DNA from: Trichodesmium erythraeum IMS101
GTDB taxonomy: Bacteria > Cyanobacteriota > Cyanobacteriia > Cyanobacteriales > Microcoleaceae
Direction of reading: 5' to 3'
DNA length: 32,000 nucleotides
NCBI RefSeq assembly: GCF_000014265.1
Contig: NC_008312.1
Location: forward strand, 150,001-182,000
Under the pieces are notes generated by a model. That model was not told the origin of the DNA, did not search any database, and saw nothing but the letters and a program-made list of their open reading frames with translations. Positions 1-9,121 of the stretch are shown here, piece by piece (within the stretch, counting starts at the first letter, position 1; every line of letters starts with the position of its first letter). The position numbers and the translations under genes are program-made.

Positions 1-232
<232 letters not shown>

Positions 233-408
233 CTAATTGCTTTATTTTACAACAGGTTTAGCCAAATCAAAAATCAAATGTGAATCACTAGAATAAATTT
301 ATTTTATAGGCTTACTGAAAGAAACTCGGTTGCTAGGACCTTGGACTGAGTTGATAATTTGCGTTATGTAAGCGATATAGTATTAAAATCATCTCAAATA
401 ACAATGTA

Positions 409-490
409 CAGGACTTACGCAAGCACGCTATATATAGTTTGCTGTCATATTCAATTATTTATACTATAATTAGTTGTTTTTCGGATACAT
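409..490. repeat. MITE-like palindromic element, copy 1 (CAGGACTTACGCA terminus; right arm degenerate)
   Basis: The left arm caggacttacgcaagcacgctatatatagt matches the left arm at 13226 and the inverted arm ending at 14145. The right arm (tactataattagttgtttttcggatacat) is only a diverged image of cactatagttagtgcctttccgtaagtcctg. Confidence 0.6.
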
Positions 491-680
491 ATCACTTTGA
501 ATATATATGATCTAGTGCCAGTAAAAAAGCAAAGTTTTTCCAGGAAAATAGATTACAAATTGTTCAATTAATTTGCTAAAAATCTTTAATTATTAGACAA
601 TAATGGGGCTTTGTTGTATAAAGATAGAAAATATGGTAACAATAAGCGTGTGGCACAAGAAACCTATAGTAAGGGTAGAG

Positions 681-2616
681 ATGAGTAAGTCCAAGTCCAA
701 GTCTAAGTACCTCTTCAGCAACTGGTCGTAGGTCTGATGCGTCCCTAAGACAGAGAGGGAGCCTCACATTTTGGTTGAATGATGAAGTCATAGAGCAGTG
801 GGTAAATCAACAAAAAACTGGACGTAGGGGGGCATCAAATACCTATAGCAATACGGCCATTGAATTTATGGTCACTATACAATCATTGTTTGGTCTGGCC
901 GGACGACAGACTGAAGGTTTTGTCGAATCTATATTTCAATTGATGGACTTAGATTTACCAGTACCAGACCATAGCACTGTATCCCGTCCCTTGCTCAAAC
1001 TGAATATCCAACTGCCAGTTATACCAACTAATGAAACTATTCCGTACAGTAGTAGACTCTACAGGGGTGAAAGTTTACGGAGAAGGTGAATGGAAAACAA
1101 AAGTTCATGGTGTCAGTAAACGGCGTACATGGGGTAAATTACACCTAGGAGTAAATGAGGCTACAGGAGAGATTGTCAGTGGAGTAGTGACTACCAATGA
1201 TGTCAGTGATTCACAAGCATTTTCTGAACTTGAGAAATGGAGTAGATGGGGAAATAGCCCAAGTATCAGGAGATGGAGCAGATCACAAGTATAAATGTTA
1301 CGAGGGTAGTCCTGTATATGTAGTGATAAAATTACAGTGAAGCGATCGCTTCATTATAATGATTAATGAAATACCAAATAGCTCCTAGATGGGACCGAAG
1401 CTTTTTAGAAAAGGATAAAGTCTTTCTGACCAACCGAGAAATTCTTTGACGCAAAGTATTATTCAATCTTTCTATATAAGCTGTTAAACCTGAATATTCC
1501 CCACTGATTTATGTCTCTCTTCAGGAAAGACAAGCTCGTAAGCTGACCAAAAATCTGTATAACAAACTGCACACGGCCTTAAGACACCGTGGGTTAGAAT
1601 TCCATAATCTATGCTGCCCCTTTTTCTCCTCTTTCCCCTAAGTAAAAACCCACAATTTCTTTAGTTTCTATATCAATCGCTAACCACAGCCATTGTTTAT
1701 TATTTTTATTGCCTACAAATGACCACATTTCATCACATTGAATGGTGAGTTTACCTGTTTTTTTTTAGTACATTTAATAGAGCGTGAAACCTCAGCATAC
1801 TTATTATTGACGTAATTCTGGAGCCATTTTTCTGACACGCCTGTTACACGGGTTATACCAGCTAAACTAATTTTTTCTCTATTTTAATTTATCAATAAGT
1901 TCTTTGGTTTCATTACTAATATAATCTCTTTGACTATTTTCGACAAATTGTCTCTGACAATTTTGACATTGATATTTTTGTTTTTTGTTGTGAATAGTCC
2001 CATTTTTGACAATATGATTACTGCCACAACTAGGACAGATTAATTTATGAATGGACATCTGAATTATATAGATTTTTTCTTATTACTGTCATAGATAATA
2101 GCATACTTTTTTCATGATAGTTGAGTTTAATTCTTGATAGTTTAATGACTGATTATTATGTAGCGATCGCCTAGATAAAAATTTTGAATTATTAAGCATA
2201 AAAAACTTAATGTTTTCAAGATTGATGTCAATAACTAATCATTTATATTGGCTTATCACTACATATACAGGACCACCGTTACGAGAAAGCTAACCAACTA
2301 GGAGCAAAAGTAACAATTCCACCCAGGAAAAATGCAGTAATAGGTCAACACGGCAACTGCAAATGCCCACCTCATCCCAGAGATGAAAACCTCAGAAGAA
2401 TCAGAAAGGTAGGACGCCAAAAATGGAAGCATGAAAGTGGTTACCATCAGCGTTCTCTATCAGAAACCACAATGTTTAGACTCAAAGTGAACTTTGGAGG
2501 TCAGTTACGACGACGAAAATTCGAAAGCCCAAGCAGTAGAGTTGTTCATACAATGTGCCATGCTGAACCGTATGATTCAAACAGGTAAACCCAAAAGTCA
2601 CAAAGTGAAAATCTAG
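681..2616 (+). pseudogene. IS903-type DDE transposase, broken by several frameshifts and by the IS1 insertion
   Basis: Pieces in different frames:
- MSKSKSKSKYLFSNWS* (from ATG 681)
- RGSLTFWLNDEVIEQWVNQQKTGRRGASNTYSNTAIEFMVTIQSLFGLAGRQTEGFVESIFQLMDLDLPVPDHSTVSR
- VVDSTGVKVYGEGEWKTKVHGVSKRRTWGKLHLGVNEATGEIV
- IAQVSGDGADHKYKCYE
- after the IS1: KANQLGAKVTIPPRKNA...RDENLRRIRKVGRQKWKHESGYHQRSLSETTMFRLK...LNRMIQTGKP

These are collinear with the IS903 transposase. Confidence 0.8.
1305..2277 (-). mobile_element. IS1-family insertion sequence nested in the IS903-like element; insA/insB frames degenerate
   Basis: The 25-bp terminal inverted repeats are ggtagtcctgtatatgtagtgataa (1305-1329) and the reverse complement of 2253-2277 (ggtggtcctgtatatgtagtgataa), with 1 mismatch. 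An 8-bp direct target duplication GTTACGAG lies at 1297-1304 and 2278-2285. Joining the flanks restores the host transposase frame (GDGADHKYKCYE|KANQLGAKV).

The minus strand encodes an InsA-like zinc finger (MSIHKLICPSCGSNHIVKNGTIHNKKQKYQCQNCQRQF) and InsB-like blocks (QCDEMWSFVGNKNNKQWLWLAIDIETKEIVGFYLGER; YTDFWSAYELVFPEERHKSVG; IERLNNTLRQRISRLVRKTLSFSKKL). These are interrupted by extra stops and frameshifts. An A9 run (T9 on plus, 1758-1766) sits at the InsA/InsB junction, where IS1 normally frameshifts. Confidence 0.85.
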
Positions 2617-2689
2617 TTAACTTCCTGATGGAAGTTTTTGGCGATCACTACTTTCATGCAACAAAGCCGTCCGTTATTCTGCCCAAAAA

Positions 2690-2968
2690 GCTAATACCAA
2701 TTTCCATGCATTGATTATAATTTTATTGTAAAACTTTAGTGGTTAAATAATTCATGACTTTTTGACTATTTATAGCTAAGTTAATGCTAATTATGATTAT
2801 GTTTACTTCTCCTCTACTACTCTACTAACCTACTTTCCTACTCAATAAAATGTAGAAAAGTTTTTGACCAATGGTATAACATCAATGAGCTATGCTCAAG
2901 TGACCTGAGTGATTTAGAATGGGAGCCCCTCAAACCTCTTCTACCTAAGCCCAAGGAATTTGGGGTTT
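2690..2968 (+). mobile_element. left end plus N-terminal transposase fragment of a second IS5-family element (IS427/IS1031-like), cut by an IS605-type insertion
   Basis: From 2872 the frame reads WYNINELCSSDLSDLEWEPLKPLLPKPKEFG. This is the SDLSDxEWxxLxPLLP N-terminal motif of this transposase class, and no in-frame ATG survives. The ~175 bp upstream (2690-2865) recurs inverted at 7877-8049. The right boundary is approximate (+/-10 bp). Confidence 0.6.
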
Positions 2969-4210
2969 GTAACTGTTGGCTAAAATCTGAGATTATCTTT
3001 TAAAATCTAAAATTATCTGTTTTATGATACTAGGATTCAAAACTGAATTACACCCCACAAACTAGCAAAAAAGGCTGCTGGCCAAACACGCGGGTGTAGC
3101 GCGTCATGCTTACAATTGGGGATTATGGTTAACTAGAAATATCCTTACTCACAATTCCAATAATCCTGATAGTAAACTTAAATTTCCTACTGCAATATAC
3201 CTGCATAAACTTTTAGTAGCAATAGTTAAACCTAATAACTATTGGTACTATGAAGTATCTAAAACAGCGCCTCAATATGCTTTAAGGCATTTATCCAATG
3301 CTTGGAAGGGTTGTTTTAGTAAAGTGTCGGGAGTACCTAAATTTCAGAAAAAAGGTAAAGACGATAGCTTCACTTTAGATGGTTCAATATCAGTAGGTTT
3401 TAATCATATCAAACTACCTCGAATAGGATGGATGAAAACTTATGAAGTTTAGATCGATAATGTAACTCCTAAATCTGTAACTATTAGCAGGAAAGCTGAT
3501 AGATGGTTTGTCAGTTTCAAAGTAGACAGAGAATGTCAAATTACTGAGAAATTGGCAGGTGTAGTTGGTGTAGACTATTGAGTTAAAACTTTGGCAACAT
3601 TGTCAACAGGGGAAGTGTTTGATGGTGCTAAATCTTACAAAAAGTTAGAGTCTAAACTATCACGACTGCAATATCAATCACAGGCATAAAACTAAGTTTT
3701 CCAATAACTGGAGGGCAGTACAGCTAAAAATAGTGCTCGTTACATAATAGAATAGCTAACATCAGGAAAGATACACTGCATAAACTAACTACTTATTTGG
3801 CTAAAAACCAGAGTCAAATAGTAATAGAAGACCATTATGTATCAGGAATGATGTCAAACCATAAGCTAGCTAAGGCTGTTGCCGATATGGGTTTTTATGA
3901 GTTCAGAAGACAGTTAGAGTATAAGAGTCAACTATACGGATCTAAGTATATCGTTGTTGATAGATGGTTTCCTAGCTCTAAGACTTGCAGTAGGTGTGGT
4001 CAGGTGAAACCTTCTTTGTCTTGCTCGGAGCGTGTATTCAATTGTGAATATTGCGGTTTCAGTTGCGATCGAGATTTGAATGCTAGTTTAAATCTAGCTA
4101 TGGCGGTCAGTTCGACCGTGACAGCCTGTGGACTGGATAACGCCGACGTTGCCAGAAGGAAGCAGGAATAGAACAGATAATCAAAGATTTCTAAAGATTA
4201 TCGTAGGTTT
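2969..4210 (+). mobile_element. IS200/IS605-family element carrying only tnpB (IS1341-like), inserted into the IS5-family transposase gene
   Basis: It separates two collinear halves of the IS5-type transposase (..PKPKEFG | ..LRDFLDSIFYVQRTRCQWEMIPHDLPPYTTVY). GGTTT is shared at both junctions (2964-2968 and 4206-4210). Subterminal agataat/attatct motifs occur at both ends. The left end has a 21-22-bp tandem (aaaatctgagattatctttt / aaaatctaaaattatctgtttt, ~2984-3022). The right end has the hairpin gataatc-N13-gattatc (~4177-4203). Boundaries are approximate. Confidence 0.65.
3024..4171 (+). pseudogene. tnpB: tnpB (RuvC-like, RNA-guided nuclease family) with multiple in-frame stops and a frameshift
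   Basis: Translation: MILGFKTELHPTN*QKRLLAKHAGVARHAYNWGL...KFQKKGKDDSFTLDG...IKLPRIGWMKTYEV*IDNV...RKADRWFVSFKVDRE...VVGVDY*VKTLATLSTGE..., then a frame change, then the supplied ORF 3797-4171. That ORF reads IVIEDHYVSGMMSNHKLAKAVADMGFYEFRRQLEYKSQLYGSKYIVVDRWFPSSKTCSRCGQVK...FNCEYCGFSCDRDLNASLNLA, i.e. the RuvC-II/III motifs plus the CxxC...CxxC zinc finger. Confidence 0.8.
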
Positions 4211-4480
4211 CTAAGAACAGCTCATATTCAAGTGGATGTCTGAGAGACTTCTTGGATAGTATATTTTATGTACAAAGAACGAGATGCCAATGGGAAATGA
4301 TACCTCATGACTTGCCACCTTATACAACTGTATACAGACAGGTACTTCTAGAAATGGCAGCATTGTAGTTTCTGGCAACTTTGCGCCCGACAAGTCCGCC
4401 AAAAATGAAGAACACAATTAGATATCCGATAATTACTCGACCGTTGCGATCGCTGATTCTCAATTAGTCAAAACAACAGA
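4211..4480 (+). pseudogene. central fragment of the IS5-family (IS427/IS1031-like) transposase, frameshifted and truncated at ~4480
   Basis: The fragment reads LRDFLDSIFYVQRTRCQWEMIPHDLPPYTTVYR, then (other frame) RYF*KWQHCSFWQLCARQVRQK, then AIADSQLVKTT. These are the conserved CQW..LP.DLPP..TVY.YF.KW and DSQSVKT blocks of this family. The antisense ORF 4211-4417 in the track is a shadow. Confidence 0.7.
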
Positions 4481-4504
4481 AAAAATGTCTATATCTACTA
4501 ACCC

Positions 4505-4745
4505 CATGTTTTTATCGTAACCATAAGATTCAAAATCAACTTTATATAAATTTGCCACTGCTTTTTTAACTGTGTCGTCATAAAAATTTTTTGAAGGTGG
4601 AAAAGCCACATCTTTGTCTAAAAAAGTAAAGTGTTCATCTGCAAAACAACCCTCCAATTCTGCTAATCTCTTTGAATGATGTGCGGATTTTTTTAGCTCG
4701 TCAAAGTTGCTCGTATTTAGTCCCAAATCTATTTCTATTTGCCTT
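4505..4745 (-). pseudogene. 3'-terminal fragment of a sulfotransferase gene (duplicate of 14271-14511)
   Basis: This 241-bp segment differs from 14271-14511 at only 4 positions by my alignment. It encodes RQIEIDLGLNTSNFDELKKSAHHSKRLAELEGCFADEHFTFLDKDVAFPPSKNFYDDTVKKAVANLYKVDFESYGYDKNM, with no N-terminal catalytic part. The supplied ORF 4460-4756 is this fragment plus read-through. Confidence 0.85.
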
Positions 4746-4895
4746 TGTTGGGGCAAAAAACGATAATATTAAATATAGAACTATGGAACTGATTTTTCGT
4801 TCTGCTAGAAAGTAATCTTCTGGTGTATTTTTTGGGCTACGATAACTAATAATGCCGATGACTAAAGTCAGGAGTAAATATACATAAATACATAA
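4746..4895 (-). pseudogene. N-terminal fragment of a sodium:solute symporter (SSS family) gene fused to the sulfotransferase fragment
   Basis: The minus strand reads YVYLLLTLVIGIISYRSPKNTPEDYFLAERKISSIVLYLILSFFAPT, i.e. TM1 plus the DYFLAGR motif of SSS transporters. Positions 4773-4815 are similar to 28153-28200 in the larger symporter pseudogene. Homology stops at the 4745/4746 junction. Confidence 0.6.
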
Positions 4896-5084
4896 GTATT
4901 TTTAAAATACAATCTACTGGAACTCACCAAAAAATAGCTGGTTTTTGGGCATCAAAAATATCAGTTTACATTGATCGCCTGAACTTGCCATATTTTATCC
5001 CTAGACAAGGATTAATTAAGACCATAGATTCGGATAAATCTTCATAGCAAAGTTTTTAATGATTAGTATAATACCTATCTATAT

Positions 5085-7763
5085 CTAATTTTCTAAAGAT
5101 TTTAAGATCGACTTTAAAGTTGCTGAAAAAAATTCAGGAGAACATTCAGTTTCAACTCGCTTCATAGCATTTTTTCTCAGTTCATTCCATAAGGCTGAAT
5201 CTTGATAAAGCTTGACACATTGTTGAGCAAAATTTATCTGATCATCACCAACCAATAATTCTATTTCATGTTTCCATCCTAACTGTTGACCAATTAAAGA
5301 TGTGCTAACAATAGGTAAACCGTAAGCTGCTGCTTCGTGAACTTTATGGGAAATACCTGCAGCAAAGCGAGTCGGTGCAACGAATATTCGACAGTTGTTA
5401 TATAAATCTGTCAAATCTTCAACTCGACCTAACATTTCAATTGAACTATTTCCTAATCCTTCAACTTTTTGTTTTAAACCTTCAACCTCATTATTTCCAG
5501 CTATTAACAACTTAACCTCTTGACCTAAGTAACTTTGTATTTGAGGAAATATTTCTTGACACAGCCAAATTACTGAGTCAGCATTAGGAGAATCTAATTC
5601 ATAAATAGCACCTACAAATAAAATATTCTGGCGCTGGAAAAAACTATTAACTGTAGGATAAGGCGTCATAAAATGTCCGATAACTTCCACTTTTTCATAT
5701 CCATATTCAATAAATTTCTGCCTTTCTTCTTCTGAAACTGAAATAATATAATCGCTAGTTTCTGCTAGTTTTAATTCCTCATAAATTAACCTTTGCATTT
5801 CCTCTGATGAGATTTTTTCCCCTTCTAATTTTCGTCGCTCAAACTCTCTCAAACAGTACAGAGCTTCCGAATCATAAATTATCTTTGCTCCCTCTAATAA
5901 ATTTACCTTTAATAATATCGAATTTAATTGTTCTATATTGTGAGGACGGCTGACAAATACTATATTGTAATACCCTTTTCTCTCTCGGAGAAACTCATTT
6001 AACTGAGGCAAACCATAACCGATAATGACTTCAACTTCTCTGGATATATCCCCATAAGTAGTCACCCATTCTTCTTGATAAAAAGGGTCTCCAGCATAGA
6101 ATGTTACCGCGTATCCCATATTAACTATTTGAGATAAAATACTGTGACTGCGGCTATAACCAGAACCTAAAAAAGGATGAGGTATTTTATCATCAATAAA
6201 AAGCAGTTGTTTCCTTATACTTAAAGTGAAAGGATTTTCCCTAGCAGTACGAGCTAATAAAACATTATTAGAATCAGGTGGATGCTGAAACTGAAGCCAA
6301 TCTTGATGTTTTTCTACAAAGACTTTTTGGTTGGTTTCCATCAGTTTAAACCCTTGTTCTCGACTAGAACTAGCAAACTCGTAGTGAAGAATATTAACAT
6401 TAGGTTCGTAAATGATTTTTTTACCTAACTTCTGAAGTCGAACACAATAATCAGTTTCTTCATAATAAGCTGGTTGATAAGCTTCATCAAAACCACCCAT
6501 TTCTAGAAACAAGTTACGAGGAGTTAACAAAAATACTCCCGAACAATAATCAACCGATCGCCTAAACATATATTGGGGTGCTATTGGAAAATCACCCCTT
6601 CCGTAACAAAAACAAGAACCATCTTGCCAGATAATATTTCCTGCTTCCTGAAGAGTGCCATCGGGGAAAATAATTTTGCCACCGACAGCACCAATATTGT
6701 CTGAATATTTGATAGTTTCAACTGCCGCAGTAATGCTATTTCCTAAAATCTGAGCATCGTTATTTAAAAATAAAATAAAATCACCTTTAGCTAACTTAGC
6801 TGCCTGGTTACAAGCTAGAAGATAATGATAATTTTCCGGATTAAAAATAATATTTACTCCTTGAATTTGTGACAGTAGTTGCTGAGTTTTATCTGTAGAA
6901 CAGTTATCGACAATAACTACTTCAAAGGAGCTAAAACTATTTTTTAGAATTGAATTTAAACAGCTTAAAGTTAACTCTGCACGATTATGTAAAATCAGAA
7001 TAATACTAACTAATGGATTCTCTATTTCAGGAAAAATGATTTGAGAACCTGTGTTTAAAAATACTTCTAAGGCTATTTTACTTAAGTTCTCTAAATATTT
7101 TTTAGATTGTTCTAGTGATGATACTTGGTGAACTTGAAGATGAGAGTTATTTTGTTGTTGGTTTAATAGGTTCTCTAATTTTAAAGTTGCTTCAGGATGA
7201 GTTGGTTGTAGTCGAAGTACCCTTTTATAGGTGTTAATTGCCTGATTAATTTCTCCCTTTTTAGCTAAAGCATTAGCCAAACCAAAACAGAATTCCACAT
7301 CATTAGGTTGAAGTTCTAAAGCTCGGTTATAAATCTGAATATTGTCAGGGTTTTGCTGAATTTCCTGTCTATAAGTATTTAATATTGCTATGCGATCTGT
7401 GGTTATTTTTTGTTGAAACGCGTCACCCAGTTTTTGATAGATATTAGGTAAATTTGAATTGAGTTCTAAAGCGCGTTGGTAAGCAGCGATCGCCTCCTGC
7501 CACTGTTCTAATTTGATTAATGCCTCCCCTAACTGATAATGAGAAAAATCTAAATTTGGGTTGAGTTGGATAGCATGACGGTAAGCAGTAACTGCATCTT
7601 GCCAACTTTCGATCTCCAACAAAGCATTTCCTAAATTTTGGTAAACTTCCCAGTTATTAGGTTGCAGTTCAGTAAGTTTTTTATAATAGAAGATAGCTTC
7701 TTCCCATTTTCCTTCATCAGAGTAGTTTTTGCCATGTTTTAAGTAAGTTTCAGCAAGTTCCAT
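5085..7763 (-). CDS. TPR-repeat / family-2 glycosyltransferase / GT-B (group-1-like) glycosyltransferase fusion protein, 892 aa
   Basis: This is an uninterrupted 892-codon ORF.
- N-terminus (~7130-7763): TPR repeats (WEEAIFYYKKLTELQPNN..., AVTAYRHAIQLNPN...).
- GT2 motifs (~6330-7030): VSIILILHNRAELTLSCLNSIL, EVVIVDNCSTDKT, LFLNNDA, YYEETDYCVRLQKLG.
- C-terminus (~5085-6250): GT-B pattern LFVGAIY...VKLLIAGNN...GRVEDLTDLYNNCRIFVAPTRFAAGISHKVHEAAAYGLPIVST. Confidence 0.85.
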   Translation of the reverse strand: MELAETYLKHGKNYSDEGKWEEAIFYYKKLTELQPNNWEVYQNLGNALLEIESWQDAVTAYRHAIQLNPNLDFSHYQLGEALIKLEQWQEAIAAYQRALELNSNLPNIYQKLGDAFQQKITTDRIAILNTYRQEIQQNPDNIQIYNRALELQPNDVEFCFGLANALAKKGEINQAINTYKRVLRLQPTHPEATLKLENLLNQQQNNSHLQVHQVSSLEQSKKYLENLSKIALEVFLNTGSQIIFPEIENPLVSIILILHNRAELTLSCLNSILKNSFSSFEVVIVDNCSTDKTQQLLSQIQGVNIIFNPENYHYLLACNQAAKLAKGDFILFLNNDAQILGNSITAAVETIKYSDNIGAVGGKIIFPDGTLQEAGNIIWQDGSCFCYGRGDFPIAPQYMFRRSVDYCSGVFLLTPRNLFLEMGGFDEAYQPAYYEETDYCVRLQKLGKKIIYEPNVNILHYEFASSSREQGFKLMETNQKVFVEKHQDWLQFQHPPDSNNVLLARTARENPFTLSIRKQLLFIDDKIPHPFLGSGYSRSHSILSQIVNMGYAVTFYAGDPFYQEEWVTTYGDISREVEVIIGYGLPQLNEFLRERKGYYNIVFVSRPHNIEQLNSILLKVNLLEGAKIIYDSEALYCLREFERRKLEGEKISSEEMQRLIYEELKLAETSDYIISVSEEERQKFIEYGYEKVEVIGHFMTPYPTVNSFFQRQNILFVGAIYELDSPNADSVIWLCQEIFPQIQSYLGQEVKLLIAGNNEVEGLKQKVEGLGNSSIEMLGRVEDLTDLYNNCRIFVAPTRFAAGISHKVHEAAAYGLPIVSTSLIGQQLGWKHEIELLVGDDQINFAQQCVKLYQDSALWNELRKNAMKRVETECSPEFFSATLKSILKSLEN

Positions 7764-7876
7764 CTAAATTAAATTAATCAAAATAAAGACAATTACAAAT
7801 AGAGAAAAACTCCCATTTATAACCTCCTAATTTTTCTTGAAAACTAAGGGGTAAAAATGAGAGTTATATCATTCCT

Positions 7877-8049
7877 AAAAAACTTTTCTACATTTTCTTC
7901 ACCAGCGCATTAGGAGAGTAATAAACATAAGAATAACTAACATTAACTTAGCTTGAATTAGCCCAATGGTTATTATACCTATATTAATCATTTAATAACT
8001 CAAGTGTTACCTAAGTTGAGCATTAATGCATGGGAATTGGTATGAGAGC
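7877..8049 (-). repeat. solo copy of the ~175-bp IS5-family left-end segment (inverted relative to 2690-2865)
   Basis: Shared blocks between copy A (2690-2865) and the reverse complement of this copy:
- ataccaatt(t/c)ccatgcatt(g/a)at
- agctaagttaatg.ta.ttat..ttatgttta
- a 19-bp identity, aaaatgtagaaaagttttt (2847-2865 vs complement of 7877-7895)

It lies in the spacer between the TPR gene and the start of the 892-aa gene. Confidence 0.65.
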
Positions 8050-8093
8050 AAAATATATTGAAATTGATCCCCATTTATTTACCGTCGATTTAG

Positions 8094-8963
8094 CTAAATT
8101 GAAGTAGCTTTTTGGTAATATTGATCAGCTTCAGTCGTCCGACCTTGTTTTGTCATTAAATCGCCCATCAAACGATATAAACCGGGAGCATTTGGATTGA
8201 GTTCTATCGCCTTTTGATAAGAATTGATTGCATCATTGAATAAGCTTTTTTGTTGTAAAGCATTCCCCAGATTTTGGTAAGCAGCTACAGAACTCGGATC
8301 TAACTCAATTGCTTTTTGATAAGTAGCGATCGCTTCGTCTAGTTGCCCCTGTTTGAGCTGGGCTTTCCCTAACTTAGTATAGACCCCTGCACCCAAATCT
8401 GGTTTTACTTCTAATGCTTTTTGATATGAAACAATAGCTTCCTCAAAGCGTTCCTGTTTTTGCAGAGTGTCAGCCAAGCTAATATGAACCTGTGGGGGGA
8501 AATCAGGTTTCAGTTCCACAGCTTTTTTATAAGTCGCGATCGCATCATTAGCCAGAGCTTTTTGGTTTTCAGAGCTTTTTAGTTGAACAAATATATCTCC
8601 TAATTGCTTGTAGTCTTGGGCTTTAAGTATGTCTTTGTCTATTTCAATGGCTTCTTGAAACGCAGCTATTGCCCCATAGAGTTTATTTTGTTGTTTTAGA
8701 GCTCTGGCCTGTCGGAGATATGCCCTAGCATTAGTGGGTTGGAAAGCCACAATTTTTCTGCAACATTTGACTACTTCTTCCCAGTTTTCTTGGGCTTCAT
8801 AAATCGAAGCCAACTGGTTCAAAACCTGTATGTTGTCTGGGGTTAGTTTAAGGGCCATATTGTATTTGGCGATCGCTTCTTTGAACGAACCCTTCTCTTT
8901 AAGCTGTTTGCCCATTTCCATATTTTTTTGAGCCACAGCGACTTCTTTGAAAGATGATGACAT
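8094..8963 (-). CDS. tetratricopeptide-repeat protein, 289 aa
   Basis: The ORF consists almost entirely of 34-residue TPR units, e.g. AIAKYNMALKLTPDN, AIATYKKAVELKPDF, AIVSYQKALEVKPDL, AIATYQKAIELDPSS, AINSYQKAIELNPNA. I recognise no catalytic motif. Confidence 0.85.
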   Translation of the reverse strand: MSSSFKEVAVAQKNMEMGKQLKEKGSFKEAIAKYNMALKLTPDNIQVLNQLASIYEAQENWEEVVKCCRKIVAFQPTNARAYLRQARALKQQNKLYGAIAAFQEAIEIDKDILKAQDYKQLGDIFVQLKSSENQKALANDAIATYKKAVELKPDFPPQVHISLADTLQKQERFEEAIVSYQKALEVKPDLGAGVYTKLGKAQLKQGQLDEAIATYQKAIELDPSSVAAYQNLGNALQQKSLFNDAINSYQKAIELNPNAPGLYRLMGDLMTKQGRTTEADQYYQKATSI

Positions 8964-9000
8964 AATTAAAACTTAATAATTTGTTCTAGCTTAAAATACA

Positions 9001-9092
9001 CAAGACTTACGCAAAATATTAATATATACACCATCTGTATGGTTTGAAGACCGTTAACCCATAATAGATACAGTGCTTCTGCGTAAGTCCTG
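9001..9092. repeat. MITE-like palindromic element, copy 2
   Basis: The termini are caagacttacgca... and ...tgcgtaagtcctg, inverted with respect to each other. It sits 30 bp downstream of the subtilase stop codon and could form a long hairpin. Confidence 0.6.
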
Positions 9093-9121
9093 AAGATATA
9101 ACTAAAGGTGATTAGCCAAGG

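Larger units (their letters stand above)
607..2668 (+). mobile_element. IS5-family insertion sequence (IS903-group-like), degenerate and interrupted by a nested IS1
   Basis: Terminal inverted repeats are ggctttgttgtataaagatag (607-627) and the reverse complement of 2648-2668 (ggctttgttgcatgaaagtag), 17/21 identical by my count. After removing the nested 973-bp IS1 plus its 8-bp duplication the length is ~1.08 kb, typical of IS903-type elements. I found no clear flanking target duplication. Confidence 0.8.

Noticed and set aside
576-791. Minus-strand ORF spanning the left end of the IS903-like element.
   Set aside because: It is antisense to the transposase start and the IR, crosses the IS boundary, and has no motifs. 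It is an artefact.
775-1294. ORFs 775-1089 and 1031-1294 as two separate small genes.
   Set aside because: They are consecutive frameshifted pieces of one IS903-type transposase pseudogene.
4211-4417. Minus-strand 68-aa ORF.
   Set aside because: It is antisense to a clearly recognisable IS5-family transposase fragment.
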